Both the position numbers and the translations under genes were made by a program. Below, in pieces: positions 52,495 to 64,000 of a stretch of DNA of 64,000 bases. The notes under the pieces are model-generated. The model searched no databases and was not told where the DNA came from. It saw only the letters and a program-made list of their open reading frames with translations. Location of the stretch: the NCBI GenBank assembly GCA_951406725.2, contig OX597835.1, positions 14,880,001-14,944,000 of the forward strand, given 5' to 3'. The DNA is from Octopus vulgaris (lineage: Eukaryota). Position 1 is the first letter of the stretch. Each line of letters opens with the position of its first letter.

Positions 52495-53130
52495 TAAGGT
52501 AAGAAGCTTGCTTCCCAATCACACGATTCTGGGTTCAGTCCCACTGCATGACACCTGGGGCAGGTGTCTTCTACTGTAGCCTCGAGGCCGAGGTCGACTT
52601 TGCCTTTCATCCTTTCGGGGTCGATAAATTAAGTAGCAGTCGCATACTGGGGTCGATCTAACCGACTGGCTCCCCTCCCCAAAAATTTCGGGCCTTGTGC
52701 CGAGAGTAGAAAAGAAGCTTGCTTCCTAATGACATGGTTCCGGGTTCAGTCCCACTGCACGACACCTTGGGCAGGTGTCTTCTACTGTAGCCTCGAGGCC
52801 GAGGTCGACTTTGCCTTTCATCCTTTCGGGGTCGATAAATTAAGTAGCAGTCGCATACTGGGGTCGATCTAACCGACTGGCTCCCCTCCCCAAAAATTTC
52901 GGGCCTTGTGCCGAGAGTAAAAAAGAAGCTTGCTTCCCAATGACATGGTTCCGGGTTCAGTCCCACTGCATGACACCTTGGGCCGGTGTCTTCTACTGTA
53001 GCCTCGAGGCCGAGGTCGACTTTATCTTTCCTGGATCGATAAAAAAAGGTACCAATTTAGCACTGAGGCTGATGTAATCAACTTGCCCCCTCCCCACAAA
53101 AGTTCACGCGTTGTGCCAAATATGAAACCA
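52495..53130 (+). repeat. three tandem chimeric units: SINE C head fused to SINE B2 body (~210 bp)
   Basis: AAGAAGCTTGCTTCC...GTAGCCTCGAG|GCCGAGGTCGACTTT at about 52501, 52712, 52923. Confidence 0.9.
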
Positions 53131-53483
53131 ATTTTTACAGGAATAACCATGAAATTTAATTACGCAATCAAAGCGTTAGCGAACGCAGGAACCGAAAATA
53201 CTTAAAGAGCGCCGAAAAAGATAATTTATAAGTTATATACAGTCTCTATATATTTGTGGCGTTTGTCCTTTATGATTTTTGTCATAGTAAGTCTTTAATC
53301 ATGTCAGTCTTTGATCCAATATAGAAATATTGGTGAATTATGAATTACGACTTTCTTCCAATATATCTTTTTTTATGGTACAGCGTGTCTACATCTGTAA
53401 AGAGTTTGTGTGAGAGAGGAAGTGAGGAAGCGCATGCGTGCGCGCGTGTGTACCGTTTCTGCTTCATAGTGCCTGTATCTTAT

Positions 53484-53530
53484 TTTTTTACTGCCCACAA
53501 GGGGCTACACACAGAGGGGACAAACAGGAT
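53484..53530 (-). mobile_element. isolated B1/Tx1-type 3' tail
   Basis: TTTACTGCCCACAAGGGGCTACACACAGAGGGGACAAACAGGA. Confidence 0.75.
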
Positions 53531-53610
53531 ATGAAACTGATTGCATTCGGGTATTTTCTTCAATGTATCATGTATGTTCAGATTTATACACTGATGATGA
53601 TGATGATGAT

Positions 53611-54180
53611 TTCTATTAAAGGCACAAGGCCTAAAATTTTGTTGGGGTGAGATAGTCGATTACATCGACGCCAGGACTCATCTGGCACTTTTTTCATCGA
53701 CCCCGAAGGATAAAAGGCAAAGTCGACCTCGGCGGAATTTGAACTCAGAACGTAAAGATGGACGAAATACCTATTTCTTTACTACCCACAAGGGGCTACA
53801 TACAGAGGGGACAAACAATGACAGACAAACGGATTAAGTCGATTACATCGACCCCAGTTCGTAACTGGTGCTTATTTAATCGACCCCGAAAGGATGAAAG
53901 GCAAAGTCGACCACGGCGGAATTTGAACTCAGAACGTAAAGATGGACAAAATACCTATTTCTTTACTACCCACAAGGGGCTACATACAGAGGGGACAAAC
54001 AAGGACAGACAAACGGATTAAGTCGATTATATCGACCCCAGTTCGTAACAGGTACTTATTTAATCGACCCCGAAAGGATGAAAGGCAAAGTCGACCTCGG
54101 CGGAATTTGAACTCAGAACGTAGTGGCAGATGAAATACTACTAAGCATTTCGCCCGGCGTGCTAACGATTCTGCCAGCTC
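53611..54180 (-). mobile_element. mixed SINE B trimer: head, two B1 units, one B2 unit
   Basis: B2 tail AAAGGCACAAGGCCTAAAATTTT at about 53618; B1 junctions AAATACCTATTTC at about 53765 and 53949; head ends CTGCCAGCTC. Confidence 0.88.
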
Positions 54181-54215
54181 GGTGTGTGTTTGTGTGTGTA
54201 CACTGATGCCTGTCA

Positions 54216-54619
54216 TTCTTTTATCTTTTACCTGTTTCAGTCATTAGATTGCGGCCATGCTGGGGCACCGCCTTGAATTTTTAGTCGAATGGATCGATCC
54301 CAGTACTTATGTTTTAAGCCTGGTGCTTATTCTATCTGTTCTCTTTTGCTGAACCGCTAGGTTACGGGGACGTAAACACACCAACACCGGTTGTCAAGTT
54401 GTGATGGGGGAGGACAAACAGACGCACACACATAGATGTATATATTTACTTATATATACAACGGGCTTCTTTCAGTTTCCAACTACCAAATCCACTCCCA
54501 AGGCTCTGGTCGGCCCGAGGCACTAGTAAAAGACAACTGCCCAGGGTGCCACGCAGTGGGACTGAACCCGGAACCATGTGATTGAGAAGGAAACTTCTTA
54601 CCACACAGCCACTTCTGCA
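54216..54619 (-). mobile_element. SINE group C, full length
   Basis: TTTCAGTCATTAGATTGCGGCCATGCTGGGGCACCGCC...GGGACTGAACCCGGAACCATGTG...CCACACAGCC. Confidence 0.88.
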
Positions 54620-54734
54620 TCTCTGTTTAACTATCAACAATAATAGGGAACACAAACGTGTACGATACTTTAATAGTTACTAGATATAGGTTTATATCCG
54701 CGTCCAGTTCTTGAACTCACACAGCCGCAGCAGA

Positions 54735-54975
54735 GCCCGGTTCCCCTAGCATGTAGCTGACGGAGATTACATTCTCCACTGAACGTGACGCCAGTCCTTC
54801 GCAGGGTCAACTTCCCTGCTGTTGTTAGAAGTCATTTACAGTTGAGTTGGAGGGGAGCAGCGTGAAATTAAGTGCTTTGCTCAAAAACATATCGAACTGC
54901 ATTGTCCAGGGAATCGAACCCATGATGTTATGATCGCGAGTGCAGCAGCAGCAGCAACCTAACAACTGAGCCAGG
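54735..54975 (-). mobile_element. old SINE with an A2-like head and the 10448-type tail
   Basis: GACGCCAGTCCTTCGCAGG; GCGTGAAATTAAGTGCTTTGCTCAA; GGGAATCGAACCC. Confidence 0.6.
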
Positions 54976-55125
54976 AGATTTCCCATTGAAAATTAGGGAT
55001 GCTGGTAAAACAAGAACCGCCATTATTCGCAGTGTTTCACGCGCCTTACTCTGTCAATTTGTTTGGATTGTGGAGAGACAAAACTGGGATTGGAAAGTAG
55101 AAACGATATTAAAAAGTACACTACA

Positions 55126-55256
55126 CAACAACAACAACAATAATAATAATGATGATAATGATAATAATAATGATAATAATAATAATGATAATAATAATAA
55201 TAATAATAATAATGATGATAATAATGATAATAATAATAATGATAATAATAATAATG

Positions 55257-55290
<34 letters not shown>

Positions 55291-55336
55291 TAATAATAAT
55301 GATAATAATAATAATAATAATAATAATGATAATAAT
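55126..55336. repeat. (AAT)n/(GAT)n tract, 5' flank of the Dong-like element
   Basis: Seen directly. Confidence 0.95.
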
Positions 55337-56882
55337 CGGAATGGATTTTGGCCTTGATAAGTGTGCTAAAGCAACTTTTGTAAGAGGCAAGCTCAGGCAA
55401 ACAGCTTCTGTTAAATTAGATATTGACACTACCATCAAGGAACTTGACCCACAGGGAAGTTACAAATACCTAGGAATCAACGAAGGAGATGGTATACATC
55501 ATGCTACTATGAAGGAAAAAATAAGAAAGGAATACTATAGGAGAATAAGGCTTGTACTGAAGACTGAGCTCAACTCCAAAAATTGCATTGAGGCCATTAA
55601 CACCCTGGCACTTCCAGTAGTCCAGTACAGTTTTAATATCATTAACTGGAACCTTACGGAACTCCAACGCTTAGACAGGAAGACAAGAAAGTTACTGACA
55701 TCCAGGAGCATGCACCACCCTAAGGCAGATGTAGACCGCTTGTACCTACCTAGAAGCAGCGGGGGGAGAGGAATGATGCAATTAGAGCTGTGCTATAAGA
55801 CCTCTACTGTAGGAATGAACAGGTACCTATCTAGTACAAAGGACTGGATGCTGCGACTTGTGCGCGAACACGAAAGCAACAAAAAGCTGCATTCTATTGT
55901 CAAGGAAGCTTATAAGTTCGAAAGGGAACTAGACATTAACCTTGAATCAGATGAAGAGCCGGAAACCACTGCTACCAAGCAAGCAAAGCGAATCAAGCAG
56001 ACTGCAAAAAAGAACGGGCAGAATCAAATTGAGAGGCGGTGGAGCCAGAAGCCCCTGCATGGACAATATATTCTCCGAAGCCAAAATGCTGATGTAGACC
56101 AAGCAACAACCCATCAGTGGCTGAAGAGCTCTGGATTGAAAGCAGAGACTGAAGGTTTCATAATGGCAGCACAAGATCAAAGCTTGTTTACCAGAAATTA
56201 CCAGGCTAACGTTCTCCGAAACGGTACTGACCCTAAATGCAGATTCTGCGACACATTTGACGAAACGATAGACCATCTCGTTTCGGGATGTCCTGTGCTG
56301 ACACCAAACGAATACAAAAATCGCCACGATAGGGTAGGACAGTATATACATTGGAAGATATGTAAACACTACAAATCCGACATTCCTGCTAACTGGTACG
56401 AACACCATCCTCAGCCAGTTGTTGAAGGTAAAGATGTCACCATCCTCTGGGATTTTCCAGTCAACACTGACAGAACGATCAAGGCTAATCGACCAGACAT
56501 AATTGTTAAGGACAGGGAAGAAAATACCTGCAGACTAATAGAAGTAAGCGTCCCCACTGATAAAAATGTATCTGTCAAGGAATTTGACAAACTTAGTAAA
56601 TATAAGGACCTGGAAATCGAAATACAGAGGATGTGGAATCTTAAAACAAAAACTGTTCCTGTTATTGTAGGTGCCCTAGGTATGATAAAAAAGGGATGTC
56701 AGAAACACCTAGACAATATCCCTGGAAAACCATGTCTCAAGGAAATCCAAAAGATTGTGCTAACAAGTACTGCCCACATCCTTAGAAAACCCTATCAATG
56801 TAAATGTCTGTGTTTGCATTACATGGAGATATATCTCTACTTCCCCTCCCCAAGCTTTCAGCTGTATTTCAACAACTCTTAA
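55335..56882 (+). CDS. partial retrotransposon ORF: RT C-terminus/thumb, CCHC zinc knuckle, RLE nuclease (no native start; poly-Ile N-terminus of the listed ORF is microsatellite)
   Basis: IGMDFGLDKC...YKYLG (RT end), CRFCDTFDETIDHLVSGC, KNRHDRV, ILWD, NRPDII, LIEVSVP, KLSKY; likely native stop TAA at 56801-56803 after a 1-nt frameshift. Confidence 0.88.
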   Translation: MGMDFGLDKCAKATFVRGKLRQTASVKLDIDTTIKELDPQGSYKYLGINEGDGIHHATMKEKIRKEYYRRIRLVLKTELNSKNCIEAINTLALPVVQYSFNIINWNLTELQRLDRKTRKLLTSRSMHHPKADVDRLYLPRSSGGRGMMQLELCYKTSTVGMNRYLSSTKDWMLRLVREHESNKKLHSIVKEAYKFERELDINLESDEEPETTATKQAKRIKQTAKKNGQNQIERRWSQKPLHGQYILRSQNADVDQATTHQWLKSSGLKAETEGFIMAAQDQSLFTRNYQANVLRNGTDPKCRFCDTFDETIDHLVSGCPVLTPNEYKNRHDRVGQYIHWKICKHYKSDIPANWYEHHPQPVVEGKDVTILWDFPVNTDRTIKANRPDIIVKDREENTCRLIEVSVPTDKNVSVKEFDKLSKYKDLEIEIQRMWNLKTKTVPVIVGALGMIKKGCQKHLDNIPGKPCLKEIQKIVLTSTAHILRKPYQCKCLCLHYMEIYLYFPSPSFQLYFNNS

Positions 56883-56955
56883 CCTTCACTTGCCCTAGGG
56901 CGCTGGGTGTGCCCCGGCAGGTGATTGCATCAAACATGCAGATTAAAAGTAAATG
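55335..56955 (+). mobile_element. 5'-truncated R4-clade (Dong-like) restriction-like-endonuclease non-LTR retrotransposon
   Basis: ORF described below; 3' UTR stem CACTTGCC (56887) / GGCAGGTG (56916); flanked on both sides by AAT repeats, the established Dong target. Confidence 0.92.
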
Positions 56956-56973
56956 ACAATGATAATAATAATG

Positions 56974-57019
<46 letters not shown>

Positions 57020-57155
57020 TAATGATAATAATAATGATAATAATAATGATAATAATAATAATGATAATGATGATAATAATGATAATAATAATAATAATGA
57101 TAATAATAATAATAATAATAATAATATTAAGAATAATGATGATAATAATGATAAT

Positions 57156-57192
<37 letters not shown>

Positions 57193-57491
57193 TACTTGTT
57201 TCAGTCATTTTGACTGCGGCCATGCTGGAGCACCGCCTTTTAGAGTGGTGAAAGAGTACAGCTGGGATCACCACCATCCCCTGCCGGAGCCTCGTGGAGC
57301 TATTAGGTGTTTTCGCTCAATAAACACACACAACGCCCGGTCTGGGAATCGAAACCGCGATCCTCCGACCGCAAGTCCGCTGCCCTAACCACTGGGCCAT
57401 TGCGCCTCCAATAATAATAATAATAATAATAATGATAATAATAATGATAATAATAATAATAATAATGATAATAATAATGATAATAATAATG

Positions 57492-57537
<46 letters not shown>

Positions 57538-57660
57538 TAATAATGATAATAATAATGATAATAATAATGATAATAATAATGATAATAATAATAAGAAGAA
57601 GAAGAAGAATGATAATAATAATAATGATGATGATGATGATGATGATAATAATAATAATAA
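56956..57660. repeat. (AAT)n/(GAT)n tract interrupted by a chimeric SINE
   Basis: Seen directly. Confidence 0.93.
57158..57409 (-). mobile_element. chimeric SINE: A1 head, C tail, poly(A)34
   Basis: Minus GGAGGCGCAATGG...CTCTTTCACCACTC|TAAAAGGCGGTGCTCCAGCATGGCCGCAGTC...AAGTAC(A)34. Confidence 0.88.
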
Positions 57661-57892
57661 TATCAGAGTTGCCCTGGTCTTATCTTCAAGCAATTTCGGA
57701 AAAGCGTTTTCTAAAAAAAAACCTATTGTTAAACTTACGTCTTTTCAATTTTTAACTCACATTTTGAAGTTCTATAAGATATATTGAGATCGACAATAGT
57801 ATATTGAAAACACAACAGAGGATCATAAAATGGGTTTGTTTGTTTTTTTCTAATCCAGTATAACATTCTAAAACATTTCTAAAAATAGAAAT

Positions 57893-58270
<378 letters not shown>

Positions 58271-59165
58271 AGACACTATACTGAATCGAATTATCAGCAG
58301 TTACTCAAAGAACAAGCTTGGGTGCTTTTAGCAACTTATTGACAAAATATATCACAGAGAGAGAAAGAGAGACGGTGAGAGAGAGTGAGTGAGAGAGAGG
58401 GAGAGTGAGATAGAGGGAGGTTGGTGTTAAAAAAAAAAAGCTAAGTGTATCAGGATTTATTCAGCTATATACAAATTATCGCAGTCTTTCTCATATTTTG
58501 CTATCTTGTTTTGAATATTTTCTGAAAATTTGATAAAACACTTGAATTTCGCCATATTCCCTTCATGTTCTCGGTTCTAAACACGAGATAGACAAAAAAA
58601 AATGGATGAAAAAGTCGCGTAATCAGGTAAAAATTGTTTTCCCAACGCAATTATTTTATTCATAAGATATTTATCAGAACAATGTTAGCGAAGGTTTGTT
58701 TAACAAAGTGATTCCTGATCAAAAGGTAATAAAATTAATCTACCTCAGCTGGGAAATGAGAGAGGCATACAATACAATATCCATTGTCAACAAAACCCCT
58801 TTTGTATATGCGTCAGCACAATACAGGATTCTTTTGTTTGTTTATTCTTTTACTTGTTTCAGTCATTAGACTGCGGCCAATCCGGGGCAGTCTTCGCGAG
58901 TTTAGTCGAACAAATAAACCCCCACTATTTACAATTTTCAAGATGAGCGTTTGTTTTATCGGTTTTTGCGAGAACGCAAACAGCAAAACGCGGTTTGTCA
59001 AGCGTTGGGAGACAAACACTAAGTTTTTTATAATATTTACAGTATTCAGTAAATTAATATGGCTATGTTGACTTAAGGTTTCGAAAATGTACATGTAGTT
59101 CTTTATTAGTAGCAGGTAAAAATGTAATAACACCATTCGGAAGTTTCGTCAATATTATTCGTGAC

Positions 59166-60020
59166 AAGGTGGCGAGCTAGCAGAACCATTAGCACGCCGG
59201 GCGAAATGCTTAGCGGCATTTCGTCTGTCTTTACGTTCTGGGTTCAAATTTCGCCGAGGTTGACTTTGCCTTACAGCCATTTTGGGATCGATAAAATAAG
59301 TACCAGTTTAGCACTGGGGTCGATGGAATCGACTTACCTCCTCCCCGAGATTGCTGGCCTTGTGCCAAAATCGGTAACACACCGGGATAAATTTCTTCCC
59401 GTTCGTCTTTACGTTCTGAGTTCAAATTCCGCCGAGGTCGACTTTGCCTTACAGCCATTTTGGGATCGATAAACTAAGTACCAGTTTATCACTGGGGTCG
59501 ATGGAATCGACTTACCGCCTCCCCCAGGATTGCTGGCCTTGTGCCAAAATGTGTGAAACTAATACTATTTGTGGTAAGGTGACGAGCTGGCAGAATCGGT
59601 AACACGCCGGGATAAATGCATTTCTTCACGTTCGTCTTGACGTTCTGAGTTCAAATTCCGCCGAGGCCGACTTTGCCTTTCATCCGATTCGGGGTCGATG
59701 AAATAAGTACAAGTTTAACAATGGGGTCGATGGAATCGACTTAGCCCTTCCTCCAAAATTGCTGGCCTTGTGCCAATATTTGAAAATATTACGGAAATTC
59801 AAGGTGGTGAGTTGGCAGAATCGGTAGCGCGCCGGGAAAAATGCATTGCGGCATTTCGTCCGTCCTTACGTTCTGAGTTCAAATTCCGCCGAGGCTGACT
59901 TTGCCTTTCATTCGATTCAGGGTCCATAAAATAGACCTACCAGTTGAACACTACGGTCGATATAATTGACTTAGTTCCTCCTCCAAAATTGCTGACCGTG
60001 TGTCCAAATTTGAAATCAAT
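59166..60020 (+). mobile_element. four consecutive SINE B copies (tail TTGCTGGCCTTGTGCCAAA)
   Basis: Heads or partial heads at about 59166, 59370, 59575, 59801; core GAGGTCGACTTTGCCTT in each. Confidence 0.88.
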
Positions 60021-60351
60021 ATTTTATTCGTGACAAGTTAGATACACGCTTCATATTTTTTCTATGTATTTCGTATTTATGAAGAAAGAATTCTCCTTTT
60101 TTCAGTAATGTTTTTCCGAAGAGCATCTAATATTCCTGTTTTATGTTTTTTCTACAGTAATATATAGGAATTCTAATAACCAATATTCATAACAACCCGC
60201 GTTTTTGTCCAAAAAATGTCTCACAATGTATATCTAAGTGTAATAAAAGCAAAACATTTTCGTGCACAGCCACGAGGACACTCAAAATGAAGGAGGGAAA
60301 ATGAATTATATGGAAATATTATTTCATGTTCTCTAACTCATGAGACAGACA

Positions 60352-60734
60352 GGAGGCGCAATGGCCCAGTGGTTAGGGCAGCGGACTCGCGGTCGTAGGA
60401 TCGCGGTTTCGATTCCCAGACCGGGTGTTGTGAGTATTTATTGAGCGAAAACACCTAAAAAGCTCCACGAGGCTCCGGCAGGGATGGTGGTGATCCCTGC
60501 TGTACTCTTTCACCACAGCTTTCTCTCACTCTTACTTCCTGTTTCTGGTGTATCTGTATTTCAAAGGGCCGGCCTTGTCACCCTCTGTGTCACGCTGAAT
60601 ATCCCCGAGAACTACGTTAAGGGTACACGTGTCTGTGGAGTGCTCAGCCACTTACACGATAATTTCACGAGCAGGCTGTTCCGTTGATCGGATCAACCGG
60701 AACCCTCGTCGTCGTAACCGACGGAGTGCTTCCA
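60352..60734 (+). mobile_element. SINE group A1, full length
   Basis: TSD GAGACAGACA at 60342-60351 and 60736-60745. Confidence 0.95.
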
Positions 60735-60862
60735 AGAGACAGACATCTCATAATAACAATACAAAGTAAGTTATAAACCCTGAGCTATTCTCTCCCTTTA
60801 AAGGGTATCTTCACCCTCCCTTCTTTTTCTTAGTAAACGCTCTTTCTCGCTCCATCCCTCTC

Positions 60863-60879
60863 TTACTAGATGGCAGCAC
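60863..60879 (+). promoter_or_regulatory. candidate CTCF-binding motif
   Basis: TTACTAGATGGCAGCAC matches the CTCF core (CCACTAGATGGCAGCA-like) in unique sequence. Confidence 0.4.
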
Positions 60880-61609
60880 CAACAGTCGCCAGTCAAATTT
60901 CCCACATTTTCGCATTCATTTCGCTAAGTCTAAATTTTCTTTCGCAGGTCAAACTTTTCTGAACCGGATTCGAGTTTGGGGGGGAAAAATCGAATTCGGA
61001 CAATGTTAGCGAAAGGCAAAGTTAATCAATGGACTTGATCTTTCAATAAAGTGGCTAAGAAAGTTGGCGTTTAAACACGGGATCAATTTTTATAGCAAGT
61101 CTTAAAAGATATCTACTACATTTGTAATCATACAAATTTTTCCCTTCCTAATAATTTGGACACGCATTTTCCTCCGACGAAACGCGAATTCAATCATTGC
61201 TGGCCAAGTACTCAGGAAAAGAATAATTAAATATTTTTCATCCATTTTCTTGGATTCTGGAATACTTTGATTATTTATCGGAATTATGTGTTCGTATGTG
61301 CGTGTTGGTGAGTGCGCTTTTGCGGGTTTGTGTGTGTGTGTGTGTGTGTGAGGGTTGATGTAAGCGTTGGTGTGTGTAATCGCTGTTTACAAACAGCAAC
61401 AAGTAATTAAGGAAAGAAGATTTAAAAATAAATTGCAATGTGGATAGCGAAAATTACATGGAGAACCATTCGTTATTTTTAGATATGATGCCGAACTAAA
61501 AGACAGAGAAACCGAAACTGTGTTTGTCTTGGATATGATGCAAGACCTCACGAAGATGCTGTATAAAGACCATATTGTATTACTCTCAGCATGGTAGCAA
61601 AATAATGGT

Positions 61610-62170
61610 AGCAGATAAGTAGAATGGATAGAGTATGGGACAAAATGCCTTGGGGGTCGATGCACCAGGCCAGAACGGCGGACGAGTGGAATTAACAGAG
61701 CGTAGGAAGGGTGCGTTGCTAGTAGTATTTTTAATGAATCTTTGCATTGTGAGTTCAAATCTCGTCATGGGCAGTACTTATTTATTCACTCGATTTGACA
61801 ACGCTACTTGGTGTCTCGTACCTTACATTCCGAGTTCGAATCCGGGGACGGTAAAACAAAGCACCAGTCCAATACCAGAACTAGTATTTCAAACTAAGCC
61901 CCTCCCCTCAAATGTTCAGGCCGTGTGTCTATATTAGATGCAGTAGGGGTAGAATCGTTATAGCGTCGGACAAAATGCTTAGTGGCATTTCTTTCGGACT
62001 TTTACGTTGTGAGTTCAAATTCTGTCACGGTCAATTTTACCTTTCATCTCTCTGGGGGTCGATAAAATAATAAAGTACTTGTCTAATAGAGAAGTTAAAT
62101 TGTTAGTGCGTCGGACAAAATGCGTAGCGGCATCTGTTCCAGCGCATTATGGTCCGAGTTCAATTCACAC
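61610..62170 (+). mobile_element. cluster of degenerate SINE B copies
   Basis: Repeated GAGTTCAAAT, GGACAAAATGC, GGGGGTCGAT motifs. Confidence 0.6.
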
Positions 62171-62179
62171 CAGAATGAA

Positions 62180-62430
62180 ATGTGTGTGTGTGTGCGTGTG
62201 TGTGTGTGTCCATCGCCATTTGACAGCTGGTGTTGGTTGTCAAGCGTTGATGGAGGACAACCACAATCTCTTTTGCCGAACCGCTAAGTTCAGCAAAAGA
62301 AACTGACAGAATAAGTGCCCAGCTTTACAAAAAAAAATAATAATAAGTCGTGGGTTCGATTCGTTCGGCTAACATTCTTCAAGGTGGTGATCCAGCATGG
62401 CCGCAGACTAATGAAAAAAAACAATCAAAA
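62180..62430 (+). mobile_element. SINE C 3' half
   Basis: (TG)n, TTGACAGCTGGTGTTGG, CAAGGTGGTGATCCAGCATGGCCGCAGAC. Confidence 0.65.
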
Positions 62431-63369
62431 GATAAATTCATAAACTTAACCATGCGTGACGCAGTCGAAACTGATTTGTGGTTACAGTGTATGGCTTGGA
62501 CTGCTTCACTCGTGGACTGGATTTGCAATTTAAAAAATGGCGCTGATAACTATTAAGTGTTTCTTTCTTACATTTTGTTTTTGTTTGTTTGTTGTTGTTC
62601 TTTTGTTACAACCCTTCAGAATTCAGATTACTCTGTCAAATGTAATGCTTATTTAATCACATTGTTTTTAAGTAATAAAGCATTACCCATAGCTTCGAGA
62701 TTTCGATGACGCGGTTGTGGATTTTTAGCAATACATTGCAGGTTAGGTATGAGAGGCCGGAACTGGCCAAAGGATCAGGAGCGATAGGCTGGGCCAGTCA
62801 CGCTTTACATGACTCCCAGAACTGTTGAGAGAATGGGTAGTCTTAAACTGGAAGTCTGAACCAAAAGCTTTTCTCGGCCGAAGCCACTCGAAACACTAAA
62901 TGGCGTTGTGAAATCAAATGAAGAAGTAAGTACATGGTGAGATTTGAACTCATAAAACAAATATAATAAGAAATCCACCCTTCCAACGCTGTATCAATTC
63001 CACTCAGCCACCGTTCTGGCCTGGTACTTTATTCCATTGATTCCAAATGGATGAAAGACAAACCTTTTCCAAACATAGGCATTTCACTGGCAAATTCTTC
63101 AATTTTGTTTTTCACCAAGTTTTTCTTCACAATTCTTTTATAACGAAATGATTGTATGAGGGAGGGGAGGTGCTAGTTTAATCGGAACTGTTGCAGAAAA
63201 GCGTCTTCATTGTTCTTATGTCCTTGCTCAAACATAAACTCCTCTAAAACATATGACAGACAACGTAAAGTGTCTTAGATCCACTTCCGGCAATTATCAC
63301 TAAACTGTTTCCTTGTTATAATTCTTTAAAACTAGACTTTGTTCTTCTTCCAATCCACTTTACACCCCC

Positions 63370-63402
<33 letters not shown>

Positions 63403-64000
63403 ATTTTCTCCTTCCTTATTTCCGCTTCATGTTTCACTAATCTTTTTATCTGAAAGTAAGTCCAACATCCTGAGCCATTACAGTAAGATGAGAGGGATCA
63501 ATCATATATATATATATATATATGCGTCTGTGTGTGAGAGAGAAACGTATATACATCCATAGTTACATACACACAAACACATATTTACACACATATACAC
63601 ACACGCATACGCACACGCGCGTACATAAACACACACGTTATTTAATCTGTAAATGTGACTTGGTGAACATTTTCAAAAGTTCTTTTTGTAATTTATAATT
63701 CTATTAAATATATATTTCTTTAAAACTAAGTTTCAGGCACAAAGTGTTTACTTGACAGGTTTTTTGGGGGGTTTCTAAAAAAAGAAAAAAGAAATTTTTA
63801 AAAAATAAAAAAAATTTTATTTAATTCTATTTGCAAGTAAATGGGCAAAATGTCACCGAAAAACAAAATTTAACGAAATACACAGAAAGAGAAGAAAAAA
63901 ATTGTTTAGTTTTACATTTTCGCAGAAACCAAATGCTCGTCCTGGATCCATATCTAATCTTTAATATAATATTTCAAAGCAGAATTTTTCCCACTCCAGT

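Noticed and set aside
55149-55334. Hydrophobic poly-Ile N-terminus of the 577-aa ORF
   Set aside because: Translation of the flanking (ATA/ATG)n tract, not part of the element
61483-61595. Possible coding exon YDAELKDRETETVFVLDMMQDLTKMLYKDHIVLLSA after TTTTTAG
   Set aside because: Weak donor site, no recognisable domain, no partner exons

Overview
AT-rich, microsatellite-dense eukaryotic non-coding DNA with no host protein-coding exon I can support. The tRNA-derived SINE repertoire strongly resembles that of octopod cephalopods (Octopus OK/OR1/OR2-type SINEs; this species call is inference). I label three recurrent SINE groups by sequence. A has the head GGAGGCGCAATGGCCCAGTGG or GGCGCGTGGCTTAGTGG and the tail ...GACGGAGTGCTTCCA. 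B has the head GGCGGCGAGCTGGCAGAA and the core GAGGTCGACTTTGCCTTTCATCC. C has the head GGAGTGGCTGTGTGGTAAG, an internal microsatellite and the tail CAGCATGGCCGCAGTC...ACTGAAAC. The only long genuine ORF is a 5'-truncated R4/Dong-clade non-LTR retrotransposon (55335-56955) sitting in an (AAT)n tract. Other elements are a Tx1/L1-like LINE 3' fragment whose tail matches SINE B1, a decayed Tc1 transposase, a non-autonomous Helitron and pogo/hAT MITEs. The most interesting signals are RNA-level. (i) A tRNA-headed element ends in a canonical minimal hammerhead ribozyme (41.5 kb). (ii) A four-copy, microsatellite-associated family carries a hammerhead fold with a consistent A6-to-U core change. (iii) SINE multimers at independent loci share a fixed junction. 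(iv) SINE heads and tails are swapped combinatorially. Nearly all other listed ORFs are microsatellite or SINE read-through artefacts.
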